Shown piece after piece: positions 1 to 10,817 of a stretch of 64,000 bases of DNA. The stretch lies in the NCBI GenBank assembly GCA_964549615.1, contig CAZJVP010000018.1:13802-77801 (forward strand), read 5' to 3'. Position numbers and translations under genes: made by a program. Source of the DNA: an uncultured Thermococci archaeon. GTDB taxonomy: Archaea > CAYQAE01 > CAYVLA01. The stretch's first letter is position 1; each line of letters begins with the position of its first letter. The notes below the pieces were generated by a model. That model was not told the origin of the DNA, ran no database searches, and saw only the letters and a list, made by a program, of their open reading frames with translations.

Positions 1-2
1 GG

Positions 3-392
3 AGGGCACTATTCTCGATCGGCTCCGTGAAGGGGGTGGAGTTCGGGGCCGGCTTTGGCGTGGCGGACTTAAGGGGATCCCAATCCAACGACCCGATAGC
101 GAACGTGGACGGCTCGCCGCGCCTGCTGACGAATCGGGCGGGAGGCATCCTCGGCGGAATCTCCACGGGCAACGACATCGTTGTCAGATTCGCCGTCAAA
201 CCGACGCCCTCCATCTCGGTCGTGCAGCAAACTCTTGACATGGTTACCATGGAGGATGTGGAGATACGAGTGGCGGGCAGGCATGACCCCTGCATCGTCC
301 CGCGCATCATACCGGTCGCGGAGGCCATGGTTGCAATGGTCCTTGCCGATCTGATGATCAGGGGCGGCTTCATCGGCCCCAGCAGGATATAG
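3..392 (+). CDS. aroC: Chorismate synthase, C-terminal part (5' truncated by window edge)
   Basis: Frame open from position 3 ([18 protein letters not shown]). Motifs [34 protein letters not shown]. Confidence 0.95.
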   Translation, partial: RALFSIGSVKGVEFGAGFGVADLRGSQSNDPIANVDGSPRLLTNRAGGILGGISTGNDIVVRFAVKPTPSISVVQQTLDMVTMEDVEIRVAGRHDPCIVPRIIPVAEAMVAMVLADLMIRGGFIGPSRI

Positions 393-410
393 CGTGCCGA
401 TCGGAACCCG

Positions 411-761
411 TTAGGTCCATACCACCCGCATTCGCTCGGTCCAACGGAAGATCCGGGTCCTCCTCCTCTGGGATCGAATCCAGCACGCCGTGCCCTTGGC
501 TGCCCTTTCCTTCAGCGACCTAGTCAGGACCCCTTTGCTCTTGCCGAACACCGAGTTGACCATCGAGAGTTTGGCGCAGACAAGGTCAGGGCACAGCCCG
601 CAATGCTCAAACGCGCGTTCGACGCAGCACTCATAGACCTTGCACCTGCCCCACCTCGACCCGAGGTTGGATCTGCACCCAGTGCAGGTTTCGTCCCTGT
701 AGCAGCTGCACCTTCCACAGTACCGGCCGCAGTAGCCGGCTAGTGAGATCTCTAACTTCAA
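411..761 (-). CDS. Cys-rich DUF3795-like protein (putative metal/Fe-S binding)
   Basis: CGRYCGRC...CTGC...CKVYECC...EHCGLC...C pattern; directly downstream of pyrF on the same strand. Confidence 0.7.
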   Translation of the reverse strand: MKLEISLAGYCGRYCGRCSCYRDETCTGCRSNLGSRWGRCKVYECCVERAFEHCGLCPDLVCAKLSMVNSVFGKSKGVLTRSLKERAAKGTACWIRSQRRRTRIFRWTERMRVVWT

Positions 762-774
762 CGCGCTCCTCCGG

Positions 775-1434
775 CTATCTCCGCACCTTGCTGGCTATCG
801 CCTGGGCGATCTCCTTGGCTGCAAGTCCAGGGTCTTTGGCGCTGCATATCGCCCTCCCCACGATCTCGAAGTCTGCGCCCATGGCTACGGCGTCGCCCGG
901 ATTGCCGCCCTGAATACCTATCCCGGGGCACAGTATCTGCATCGACGGTCCGACGATCTCCCTATAGGACGCCAGCTTCTCCGGCCTGTTCGCTGGGGCA
1001 ACGATGCCTGACGCTCCGACGTTCCGGGCCATCCGGGCTATTTCCTCCGAATGTTTTGAGATGAATTGGAGCGAGCCGGGGTGCGACATCTCGACCAACA
1101 CGTAGACGTCGCCGCCTGCCTCTACACACGCCCTCACGCTATCCTCGCCAGCAAAACCTTGGCAAATGACTCCCGATGCGCCGGAGCAGCGCATGATCTC
1201 GCAGGCCACCCTATTCGTGCTCGGGATGTCGGAGAGTTTGGCATCGACTATCACCGGCGCAAGCTCGGCCAGCCCGCGCACGCCGTGCAACCCGCGCTCT
1301 AGGATCACCGGCCAGTGGATCTTTATTGCATCGATATACTCCGCTGTCAGCTGAGCGACCTTGGCGGCCCGCTCGATGCCAATGACGTCCAACGCAAGGA
1401 TCAGATGGTTCTTTGGCTCGATCAACTGCGCCAT
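775..1434 (-). CDS. pyrF: Orotidine-5'-phosphate decarboxylase
   Basis: LILALD, DAKLSDIPST (DxKxxDIxxT), EMSHPG, PGIGIQGG, IVGRAI. Confidence 0.97.
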   Translation of the reverse strand: MAQLIEPKNHLILALDVIGIERAAKVAQLTAEYIDAIKIHWPVILERGLHGVRGLAELAPVIVDAKLSDIPSTNRVACEIMRCSGASGVICQGFAGEDSVRACVEAGGDVYVLVEMSHPGSLQFISKHSEEIARMARNVGASGIVAPANRPEKLASYREIVGPSMQILCPGIGIQGGNPGDAVAMGADFEIVGRAICSAKDPGLAAKEIAQAIASKVRR

Positions 1435-1437
1435 CCC

Positions 1438-1923
1438 TCAGAACTGGTCCAATATCTCCTTCTCCTCGACGAACCTCCCGCAGTAGTTGCACCTTAGGCG
1501 CAGGGGGTTCCTCGAGGCTACCCTGAAGGACGCGACGACGGGCTCCCGCGCGTTCGTGATGCAGTTGGGGTTGATGCACCGCACCGTTCCCTCGATGCTC
1601 TTGGGCAGGGAGACCGTAACCTTCTTTTTCACCTCGTAGTCCTGTATGAAGTTGATCGTCGCATCGGGGGTGATCAGCGATATCTTGTTTAGCTCGGATG
1701 CGGCCAGGGCGCGCCCCTCCACCTTGACTACATCCTTCCTGCCCATCCTGGATGAGGGCACGTTTATCGCGACCGTGACGATCTTGTTCGGGTCTTTGGT
1801 CACAGAATCCTTCGTCACGCCGAGGATCCTCAGGACGGCCAACGCATAGCCGGGCTTTATGTGGTCGATGACCGTTCCATCCTTGATCTTCTTCACCCTG
1901 AGTTCCGTCGATTGCGTCGACAT
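1438..1923 (-). CDS. pyrI: Aspartate carbamoyltransferase regulatory subunit
   Basis: KIKDGTVIDHI, KDVVKVEG, zinc ligands CINPNC and CNYC. Confidence 0.97.
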   Translation of the reverse strand: MSTQSTELRVKKIKDGTVIDHIKPGYALAVLRILGVTKDSVTKDPNKIVTVAINVPSSRMGRKDVVKVEGRALAASELNKISLITPDATINFIQDYEVKKKVTVSLPKSIEGTVRCINPNCITNAREPVVASFRVASRNPLRLRCNYCGRFVEEKEILDQF

Positions 1924-2925
<1,002 letters not shown>

Positions 2926-3207
2926 TCATCCCGGCTTGGCTCCGGCCTCTCGCGCTACGGCCCGGTCGGCGGCCCCCAGACACATATCGCCTCTTCGAGG
3001 CGGTCGTTTTTCGAGATAGATTCTCACAAATCTGGAGGCATGTTGGAGCGGGGCTGAACGTGAAGGCCAAGGGCAACGCGCGGCCCTTCGCCGACGGACG
3101 TCCGTGCAGATGAAGAGCCGGTGGAAGACGCGGTGGAGGGCCCGGCCAAATCATCCCCATCGGTTGCAGGCAGAAGCCAAGGCTGTTTGCAGGAGACGGA
3201 ATGCCGC

Positions 3208-3417
3208 CTAACTGTACTTGCTCGCCAACCTTATGTCCTCTTCGACGACGGTCTTCCTGCCTGCGTGTTTGGCCAATAGGACGGCTTTCTGGGCGATCCG
3301 AGTACCTTCCTCCTCCATCAGCTCGGCCAGTGCTCTAATGCCATCGGCGCCCACGCGGTCGATGTTAGCATTATCCTTAATCACCCGCTTCACTGCAGCA
3401 AGCGGCAAAATCCCCAA
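3208..3417 (-). CDS. Archaeal histone (HMfA/HMfB family)
   Basis: 69 aa: LPLAAVKRVIK...RVGAD...LAKHAGRKTVVEEDIRLA. TTG start with SD GAGGTGA at 3431-3425. Confidence 0.95.
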   Translation of the reverse strand: MGILPLAAVKRVIKDNANIDRVGADGIRALAELMEEEGTRIAQKAVLLAKHAGRKTVVEEDIRLASKYS

Positions 3418-3664
3418 GAACTTTTCACCTCAAGGTGCGAACGGCATTTGAAGGTGGGATGGATCGCCGATCCACGAATGAAAGGCCCCTCCGGCTGATT
3501 TCTGGTCGTATCTCGCTTAAATATGTTAGATTACCAACCGGAAGGCCACCTTGGCCCCATTTCGCCCGTGCAGGATCGGATGCCGTTCAGGATGCGATCT
3601 GGAGATTCCGATCGTGCAGCGGGCCTCTTGAAAGACTTAAGAAGCTCCGAGAGAAGTAAGAGCC

Positions 3665-4978
3665 GTGAGGGTCCGGGCGCCGGTTGACCTTCTCGTTGGA
3701 GAAAGCCGCCTAGTGACTCCGAGGGGGATCTTGAAAGCGAGCTTGGCCATCGACGGCGGGAAGATCGTGAAGATCGGAAAGCCCGCCATCATGCCGCAGG
3801 CCGACGAAACCGTCGTTCTTCCCTCGTCCTCGCTGGTCCTTCCGGCTCCTCTGGACGTTCACGGCCACCTGAGGGATCTGGAGCTGCGCCACAAGGGTGA
3901 CTTCGCTTCAGAGACTCAGGCAGCGGCGATAGGTGGCATCTCCTTCGTTGTGGATATGCCGAACTCCAAGCCTCCGACCTTGTCCGCAACTGCGTTCCAG
4001 GCCAAGAGGGACATGGCCTTAGGTAGGATCGCTGTGGATATCGGGCTGAACATGGGCGTCCAGGGGAACTGCGCGGAGCTTGAGAGTGTGAAGGAAAACA
4101 TCGCCTACGGCGAGATATTCGTTGGCCCCTCCACCGAAGGGCCGGTCGTGGGCTACGGGGAGCTCGCTTCCGCCTTACGGGTCATAGCTCGAACCGGGAA
4201 GGTCGCCTGCATTCACGCGGAGGATTCCACTTTCTTCCGAGAGACAGCCGGAGAATATGACCACACTCTAGCGAGGCCCCCGGAGGCGGAAGAGGAGGCC
4301 GTCTTGAGGGTGCTTTCGTTGAATGAGGGAATCGGGGCGAGACTTCACTTCTGTCACATCTCCACAGGAACGAGCCTGCGCACCATAGCCGCGTATAGGT
4401 CGAGGAAGATGGAAGTTACCTGTGAGGTGACGCCGCACCATCTGATCCTTTCGAGGGCAACTTACCTAGAACATGGAGCGGTGGCAAAGATGAACCCGCC
4501 GCTCAGGGAGCAACGGCACGTAACAGCGATGCTCGACGGCGTGAGATCAGGCTTGGTGGATGTCATCGCCTCGGATCATGCTCCTCATGCCCTTGAGGAG
4601 AAATCCCTCGGTGAGCCGGATGCGCCTGCTGGCGTCCCAGGATTCGAAACGCTTGTTCCAGCCGTCCTCACTTACTTTGAGGCCAACGGCGTTTCGCCGT
4701 CCGCTTTCGTTCGCCTGACGAGCGTGGAGCCCGCCCGCATCTTCAACATTCCGGGCAAGGGCTTTGGGGTTGGGCGAGACGCTGATTTGGTCGTCGTGGA
4801 CAGAAAGAGGCGGAAAGTCGATCCCGAAAGCTTTCTCTCGAAGGCAAAGTACTCCCCATTCGTTGGGATGAGCCTAAGGTTCTGGCCCAGCATGACGATC
4901 ATGCGCGGAACTGTCATTTCGGATGGCGGGGAGGTAGTAATAAGAGACCAAGGCCGCTTCGTTGCCGCCGGTGAGTAG
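3665..4978 (+). CDS. pyrC: Dihydroorotase
   Basis: DVHGHLRD, DMPNSKPP, IHAED, CEVTPHHL, KMNPPLR, ASDHAPH, SKAKYSPF; pyr gene context. Confidence 0.93.
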   Translation: MRVRAPVDLLVGESRLVTPRGILKASLAIDGGKIVKIGKPAIMPQADETVVLPSSSLVLPAPLDVHGHLRDLELRHKGDFASETQAAAIGGISFVVDMPNSKPPTLSATAFQAKRDMALGRIAVDIGLNMGVQGNCAELESVKENIAYGEIFVGPSTEGPVVGYGELASALRVIARTGKVACIHAEDSTFFRETAGEYDHTLARPPEAEEEAVLRVLSLNEGIGARLHFCHISTGTSLRTIAAYRSRKMEVTCEVTPHHLILSRATYLEHGAVAKMNPPLREQRHVTAMLDGVRSGLVDVIASDHAPHALEEKSLGEPDAPAGVPGFETLVPAVLTYFEANGVSPSAFVRLTSVEPARIFNIPGKGFGVGRDADLVVVDRKRRKVDPESFLSKAKYSPFVGMSLRFWPSMTIMRGTVISDGGEVVIRDQGRFVAAGE

Positions 4979-5393
4979 GTTGGACGACGAGATCGAGGCA
5001 ATAAGGGAAAAGAAAAGGCGGGAGATGATCGAGCGTCTTTCGGGCAAGGCGAACGAGGGACGGTCCGAACTGCCCGGCGGTGTGCTCGAGATGGACGACG
5101 CGTCGATCGACGCTGCCATCCAGTCCTACCCGTCTCTTGTGGTGGACTGCTGGGCAGCTTGGTGCGGTCCGTGCCGGGCAATGGCCCCGGTGATAGAGCA
5201 GCTCGCAAAGAAGCACAAGGGTAAGATCGTCTTCGGAAAGATCAATGTGGACCGGAACCCGGGCACGGCCGCCCGGTTTCAGGTCATGAGCATTCCTGCC
5301 TTCCTGGTGTTCAGGCGGGGCGAGCACGTCGACACGATCATCGGTGCGATGCCGGCCGAACGGCTCGAGCAGAGGCTGGCGAAGTACTTCTAG
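4971..5393 (+). CDS. trxA: Thioredoxin
   Basis: WAAWCGPCR active site and MSIPA cis-Pro loop. Start GTG 4971 or TTG 4980 (uncertain). Confidence 0.93.
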   Translation: MSRLDDEIEAIREKKRREMIERLSGKANEGRSELPGGVLEMDDASIDAAIQSYPSLVVDCWAAWCGPCRAMAPVIEQLAKKHKGKIVFGKINVDRNPGTAARFQVMSIPAFLVFRRGEHVDTIIGAMPAERLEQRLAKYF

Positions 5394-6162
5394 GGATCGG
5401 TTCCCTACGACCACATGCATCCCGTTTGAAGAGTCCGAACTCCGTCTCCTTGAGCTCCTTCCAGAAGAACACAGGGCCATCCCTGCAAACGGTGAAGCAA
5501 CCAAGCGCGCAGCTGCCGCAAAGGCCGATGCCGCACTTGAAGTACCTCTCGACGAGAAGTTGGCATTCGACCCCGGCGGTTTCGGCCATCATGCCGGCAG
5601 TCGCCATCATTGCCTCGGGCCCGCAGGCGAAGATGCAGTCGAATGCGGAAAGCGGAGGAAGGTGATCGGTGACGTTTCCGGCCATCCCAAGGCTGCCGTC
5701 GACCGTGCAGATCTGCGTCTTGCCCAATCGCCCGAACTCCTGGGCGTATATCGCATCGACGGCACTATTGAAGCCCAGAAAGATGGTTGGACTCGTTTTT
5801 CTGTGAGCCAGCTCCGAAGCTAGATGGAGAATTGGCGATGCGCCGATCCCGCCGCCTACCAGGATCGGCCTCTCATAGGCGAGGTCGAAGGCGCGCCCGT
5901 AGGGCCCCCTGATGCCGAGCAGGTCGCCCGGCTTGCAGCGGGCAAGCGCCCGGGTGAAGGGACCCACCTGCTTGACGGTCATGAGAAGCTCTTTCCTCGA
6001 GATCCTGGTCACGGCCATCGGCTTCTCGTCAGCGCCGTTCCACACCATGATGAACTGGCCGGGTCGTGGCAGCTTCTCGAGAGGGTTCTCGATCCTGACG
6101 CAGGCTATGTTCCGAGCGATCTCCTTGGCCTCCATCACGCGAGCTGGCTTGGGCCTCTCCAT
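5338..6162 (-). CDS. pyrK: Dihydroorotate dehydrogenase electron-transfer subunit
   Basis: PGQFIMVW, IRGPYG, GGGIG, CGPEAM, [2Fe-2S] motif CGIGLCGSC...VCRDGPVF; abuts pyrD. Confidence 0.95.
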   Translation of the reverse strand: MERPKPARVMEAKEIARNIACVRIENPLEKLPRPGQFIMVWNGADEKPMAVTRISRKELLMTVKQVGPFTRALARCKPGDLLGIRGPYGRAFDLAYERPILVGGGIGASPILHLASELAHRKTSPTIFLGFNSAVDAIYAQEFGRLGKTQICTVDGSLGMAGNVTDHLPPLSAFDCIFACGPEAMMATAGMMAETAGVECQLLVERYFKCGIGLCGSCALGCFTVCRDGPVFFWKELKETEFGLFKRDACGRREPIPRSTSPASARAVRPASHR

Positions 6163-7089
6163 CTAAGTGCCTCCGTGGGCAGCTCCTATGATGTCTTTAT
6201 GGGAGACTCCGCGATCCTCGAGGAAGCGTTCTATGCCCGCCGATATCTCCCTGAAGGCTTGAAGTCCACGATGGTAGACAGCTGTGCCTATCTGAACCAA
6301 CGTGGCACCGGCCTCCATGAGCTCGATCGCGTCCTCTGCTCTCGCGATGCCGCCGACGCCTATGATTGGGATATCCACCGACTCGTATATGTCGTAGACG
6401 CACCTCACTGCGATCGGCTTGATGCACGGACCCGTCAGGCCTCCCCTGAGGTTGGATAGTATCGGCCTCCTTCTCTCGATCTCGATGGCCATCCCCGGCC
6501 CCACGCTGTTTATCGCGCAAATGGCATCGGCGCCGCCCGCCTCTGCATGTTCCGCGATTTCCTCTATCCGCGGGACGTTTGGGCTGAGCTTCGCTATCAC
6601 GGGCTTCTCGGTATTTTCCCTGCACTCCTGGACGATTTGCTTCACAAGCCCGGGGTCCGAGCCGACCGCAAGCCCGTACCGTTTTGAGTGCGGGCAGGAA
6701 AGGTTCAGCTCAAAACCGTCCACCACGGGCTCAAGGGCTCTCAGGGAAGTGCGGAACTCCCGGCATGACGCGCCGTAGATGGAGGCAATTAGCGGAATCT
6801 GGAAGGGCTCCTTCGAGATCCCTTCTTTGAGGTCCTCGAGGAAGGCCTGCACGCCCGGATTGGCCAGGCCGACGGCGTTCAGGAATCCTGACTCGACCTC
6901 GACGAGTATCGGCCCGCGGTAGCCAGGGTTGGGCTTGGGGCCGATCGATTTCGTCACCAAGGCCCCCGCACCCTCCCTTTCCACCCTCTTCAGGGATCCG
7001 TAGGTCTCGCCTAGGATTCCGGCGGCGAGCATCACCGGGTTCCGTATCTTCATCCCTGCAACCGATTCCCAACGGGTCAAGAATTCCAC
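6163..7089 (-). CDS. pyrD: Dihydroorotate dehydrogenase family 1B catalytic subunit
   Basis: NPVMLAAG, VTKS, NAVGLANPG, ELNLSCPH, KLSPN, GGLTG..IKP, IIGVGGI. Confidence 0.97.
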   Translation of the reverse strand: MEFLTRWESVAGMKIRNPVMLAAGILGETYGSLKRVEREGAGALVTKSIGPKPNPGYRGPILVEVESGFLNAVGLANPGVQAFLEDLKEGISKEPFQIPLIASIYGASCREFRTSLRALEPVVDGFELNLSCPHSKRYGLAVGSDPGLVKQIVQECRENTEKPVIAKLSPNVPRIEEIAEHAEAGGADAICAINSVGPGMAIEIERRRPILSNLRGGLTGPCIKPIAVRCVYDIYESVDIPIIGVGGIARAEDAIELMEAGATLVQIGTAVYHRGLQAFREISAGIERFLEDRGVSHKDIIGAAHGGT

Positions 7090-7090
7090 C

Positions 7091-8941
7091 CTAGCCCTTC
7101 TTCCTCCACCTGAAACCCAGCGTGCCCATGACTAGAGTCACACCGCCGTAGGCTCCAACCGAGATAAGGTTCCCCAAGGCCTCGCCGAGCGTCGCGTCCT
7201 TTATCATGCCAGCCTTGAGAAGGTCTGCGACGTAGGTGATCGGCACGTACCTCGATGCCTGCCTCACTATGGAGGGGCTGAGTTCGAAGGGGTAGAAAAT
7301 GCCCGAGATGATCAGCATGATGAAACACAGGCCGAATGACGCCGTCAGGGCCTCAAGTTCGGTCTTGCTCACGGATGAGACCAACAGTCCGAGTCCAACG
7401 AAGCCAACCGAGGCGTATAGCCCAAAGAAGAAGGTCTTTGGCACGTTGACGATGTATATGTCGAATAGCAGCACGGCGCAGGCCGTCAGGATGATTATCT
7501 GCACGGCCGCGATTCCCAGGCAGACGAGGCACTTCCCCCCGACGTAGGTCCACCTGCCCACGTTGCAGACGAAGATCCTGCGGAGGATGCCCTTCTCCCT
7601 GTCCCTGACGACGCTCAGCACGGTGTAGACCAGGACCGAGAAGAGTATCCCGAAGGCGAAGATGCCGGGGGAGATGTAGTCGACATACCTCTTCCTCTCG
7701 GATCCGAAGTAGAGGGGCATCTCGGTGAGGTAGAGAGGGGATGTCAGGAACGCTTTTTCCATTTCGCCCACTCTCTCCAGCAGACTCTTTCCCTCTCTGC
7801 CGAGCTCGGCCAAGTCGACGGATTCAAGCCGCATCCGGACGGCCTCGACGCGTCGACTCATGTTGACGATTTCCAACTGTCGTGAGATGACCACATCCAT
7901 CAGGCTTGACGCGCTGCTCAGGACCGTCTCGGCGATCGATCCGATCTCCTCGGGGGTCTTGTCCGGGCTTTCGCTGGAGAGCGTCTGGATGAGCCTATCT
8001 CTTAGGAGGGGGAGCGCTAGCTTGATGATGGCGGCTTGCTCCGGCGTGATCTCCGAGAGGTTGGACGTGAAGCCAGACAGATCCGCGGCCATTTGCAGGG
8101 GCAGCCCCCCTACGTCGCCAAGGTGAGGATATGCGTACCTGAGGAAGTGGTAGCATGAATCAAGCAGCGGCTTTGAATCGGAGAGCCCTCTCAACGTGCC
8201 AACGACGGCGGATTGGTTTATCATCGAGACGAGCATTTTCTGCGCAGGCGTTCCGTTCGCCATGATCTCCCGCAGGCCGGTCTCAGTTGCGGCAACCATC
8301 GAGCTTATCGCGTCGTCATCGACAGACTCGATCTTGGCCAACAGATCTAGCGCGTCTCGGGTCTCCTGCCCGGATCGACCCTGCTCGAGCATGGCCTCGA
8401 TGCTCGTCAGAGCCTCCACGAGGCGGGGGATGATTCCCTCCTTCAGGCTCTTTACGTACGTCCAAGCTAGCTCGTCCACAACCTCTTCCTTAGCCTGGAG
8501 CATCGTCACCTCTATCGCTGCGGTCAGGAGCGGTCTCGTCTCGTCCGCATGGATCCGAATCCAGCTTCGTTTGAATTCCCTCATCTTCTCGGTTATCCAG
8601 GGGTCGACCTCGATGATGGAGTCGATCTTCTCGGCGACCAGATCCTTTCTGGCGTCCTCAACCGTTTCGTAGACGATGGCCGTCGCGTTCTGCTGCTCGA
8701 TCCCATCCACGATCATCTGGGCATAGGTCGAGTTGCGATGCTTCACCACCCCGATCACAAGCTCCCTCTTCTCGAACTGCTGGTAGCCTAGGCTGAATGT
8801 GACGCCGACCACGATGACCACGATGACCGGTAACACTATGGTCAGCAGGATGGTTCGCCTCTCGCGCGCTATCTTCCTCGCGTCTGTCAGGGCGATCCAG
8901 ATGGGCTTTCGACCAGCTGACAACGTCCTAGGCCCCCTCAT
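7091..8941 (-). CDS. ABC-2 type exporter permease with large extracytoplasmic helical domain
   Basis: N-terminal TM helix, ~350 aa soluble region, then YVDYISPG, VVRDREKGILRR, SGIFYP, PITY and C-terminal TM helices. Confidence 0.85.
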   Translation of the reverse strand: MRGPRTLSAGRKPIWIALTDARKIARERRTILLTIVLPVIVVIVVGVTFSLGYQQFEKRELVIGVVKHRNSTYAQMIVDGIEQQNATAIVYETVEDARKDLVAEKIDSIIEVDPWITEKMREFKRSWIRIHADETRPLLTAAIEVTMLQAKEEVVDELAWTYVKSLKEGIIPRLVEALTSIEAMLEQGRSGQETRDALDLLAKIESVDDDAISSMVAATETGLREIMANGTPAQKMLVSMINQSAVVGTLRGLSDSKPLLDSCYHFLRYAYPHLGDVGGLPLQMAADLSGFTSNLSEITPEQAAIIKLALPLLRDRLIQTLSSESPDKTPEEIGSIAETVLSSASSLMDVVISRQLEIVNMSRRVEAVRMRLESVDLAELGREGKSLLERVGEMEKAFLTSPLYLTEMPLYFGSERKRYVDYISPGIFAFGILFSVLVYTVLSVVRDREKGILRRIFVCNVGRWTYVGGKCLVCLGIAAVQIIILTACAVLLFDIYIVNVPKTFFFGLYASVGFVGLGLLVSSVSKTELEALTASFGLCFIMLIISGIFYPFELSPSIVRQASRYVPITYVADLLKAGMIKDATLGEALGNLISVGAYGGVTLVMGTLGFRWRKKG

Positions 8942-9866
8942 CTTCTGTCAGGACGTCGAACACCTCGTCGGGCGGTACCTCGAATGAGATCGACGATGCT
9001 TGGATTCCCTTTGCTTCCAAGAGCCCGACGAGGCTGAAGGCCTCCGACCGAGAATCCACTTCGATCTGCACGCCGCCCAGCGTTGGCAGGATCTTTCTCG
9101 GAGATACGAGAGCCGTCAACCTGCCCTCATCCACTTTCGGAATGCCCCTGACGATGAGCCGTGCTCTGCAGGCAGAGCTGATCGCGCCCCACGTTCCCTG
9201 GGAAACAACCCTTCCCCGATGAAGGACGGCCAGACGGTCGCACAGGCGGCTGGCGTCCAAGAGGTCGTGGGTCGTCAGAAGGCAGGTGAGGCCCTGCTCG
9301 CGGTTCATCTTAAGGATTAGCTTCTCGACATCCCTCTTCGTCCTCGGGTCGAAGCCCGCCGTGACCTCGTCGACCATGATCAGTTGCGGCGAATGGACTA
9401 TGGAGCACGCGAAGTGGACCTTCTTCTTCATCCCGACCGAATACGTTTCGACGGGATCGTCCTTGCGCTCAAGCAGCCCCATGAAACGTATCAGGCGGTC
9501 AACCTGTTCGCCCAGGGTGCCCGATGGGACATCCAGAAGCCTACCGAAGTACCTCAAGTTCTCCTCGGCGCTGAGCCTTTCCTCCACACTCGTTTCCTGC
9601 GGTATGACACCGATGATCCTCCGAAGCCTCGCCGCTTGGCGTATCGGGTCCAGGCCCAGTACCCTGATCCTCCCCGACGACGGCTTCACCATCCCCGACA
9701 GCACGTCGATGAGTGTGGACTTGCCCGCTCCGTTCGTGCCGACAATGCCGAAGATCTCGCCCTTCTTGATCTCAAGGTTGATGTTGCTCAGGGCCTGAAC
9801 CTTGCCGAAATTGACGGTGAGATCGACCACGCTTACTGCCGCTTCGGATTCCTGAGCTTCCGCCAT
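8928..9866 (-). CDS. ABC transporter ATP-binding protein (drug-exporter type)
   Basis: Walker A GTNGAGKST, signature YSVGMKKK, Walker B LIMVDE, TTHD. Start placed at ATG 9866. Confidence 0.93.
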   Translation of the reverse strand: MAEAQESEAAVSVVDLTVNFGKVQALSNINLEIKKGEIFGIVGTNGAGKSTLIDVLSGMVKPSSGRIRVLGLDPIRQAARLRRIIGVIPQETSVEERLSAEENLRYFGRLLDVPSGTLGEQVDRLIRFMGLLERKDDPVETYSVGMKKKVHFACSIVHSPQLIMVDEVTAGFDPRTKRDVEKLILKMNREQGLTCLLTTHDLLDASRLCDRLAVLHRGRVVSQGTWGAISSACRARLIVRGIPKVDEGRLTALVSPRKILPTLGGVQIEVDSRSEAFSLVGLLEAKGIQASSISFEVPPDEVFDVLTEDEGA

Positions 9867-9945
9867 CCGGGGTGCGGCTGGGAATGCCCGTCGATTAATA
9901 GGTTTTGGCCAGCCTAGCGACCCTTGGCTTCCCGACGAAAGACAA

Positions 9946-9974
9946 TTTAACAAGGCGTCGGTTTAATCGGGTGA
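9946..9974 (+). promoter_or_regulatory. TATA (TTTAA, 9946-9950) and SD (GGTGA, 9970-9974) of the mtd-ftr-hdr-fwd operon
   Basis: Purine-rich GAAAGA then TTTAAC about 33 nt before ATG 9981; GGTGA 6 nt before the start. Confidence 0.55.
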
Positions 9975-9980
9975 TCTCCC

Positions 9981-10817
9981 ATGGTTCATGTAGTCATCAT
10001 GAAGTGCGGCAACATCGCAACGTCCACCATGGTCGACCTTCTCCTGGACGAGATAGCCGCAAGAGATGATCTTCAAGTGACCGTGGTCGGTTCCGGCCCA
10101 AAGATGACTCCCGCCGAAACTACGCGGATAGCTGGGTACATCCCATCCACAAACCCCGACATCCTCGTGGTGTGCGGTCCAAATGCTGCCTCGCCGGGCA
10201 TGACGAGGCTTCGGGAGGCGCTCGCCGATGTCAAAGCGCCGAAGATAGTGATAGGAGATGGCCCTAGCAAGAAGGTGAAGGACAAGCTGGAACAGGAGGG
10301 TTTTGGATATCTGATAATGGAGGCGGATCCTCTCATCGGGGCAAGGCGCGAGTTCCTAGATCCGACCGAAATGGCGATCTTCAACGCGGATGTGATTAGG
10401 GTCTTGGCCACGGTGGGCAGCTTGAGAACCGTGCAGGAGGAACTGGACAAGGCCATACAGTCAGTGAAGAATGGAAAGGTGTATCTTCCCCGGTTGGTGG
10501 TATCCGAGTCCCGTTCCCTGGCAAAGGCCGGTTTTTCCAATCCCTATGCGAGGGCAAAGGCAGCGGTTGCCTTCCGACTTGCCGATCTTGCAGCCCAGGT
10601 CAACTATAACGCCTGCTTCGTCGAGAAGGACGTCAAGAAGTACATCAGGCTCGCGGCGGCAGCACATGAAGCAGTGAGGACGGCTGCCCAATTGGCGGAC
10701 GAGGCCCGCGAGATCGAGAAGGCATCGGACAAGGTCCTGAGAACCCCCCACTCTAGGAAGGGCAGGATTCTTCGGAAAAGGGCTTTGCTGGCCAAACCCC
10801 AGGAGGCGGTCCAGTGA
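9981..10817 (+). CDS. mtd: F420-dependent methylene-H4MPT dehydrogenase
   Basis: KCGNIATS..VDLLLDE, VVGSGPKM, ADPLIGARREFLDPTEMAIFNAD, FSNPYARAKA, VLRTPH. Confidence 0.95.
   Translation: MVHVVIMKCGNIATSTMVDLLLDEIAARDDLQVTVVGSGPKMTPAETTRIAGYIPSTNPDILVVCGPNAASPGMTRLREALADVKAPKIVIGDGPSKKVKDKLEQEGFGYLIMEADPLIGARREFLDPTEMAIFNADVIRVLATVGSLRTVQEELDKAIQSVKNGKVYLPRLVVSESRSLAKAGFSNPYARAKAAVAFRLADLAAQVNYNACFVEKDVKKYIRLAAAAHEAVRTAAQLADEAREIEKASDKVLRTPHSRKGRILRKRALLAKPQEAVQ

Noticed and set aside
2986-3011. Hairpin ATCGCCTC-TTC-GAGGCGGT followed by a T-run; possible terminator or ncRNA in the pyrB-histone spacer
   Set aside because: The T-run is on the + strand while both flanking genes are on the - strand; no SRP, RNase P or tRNA motif recognised.
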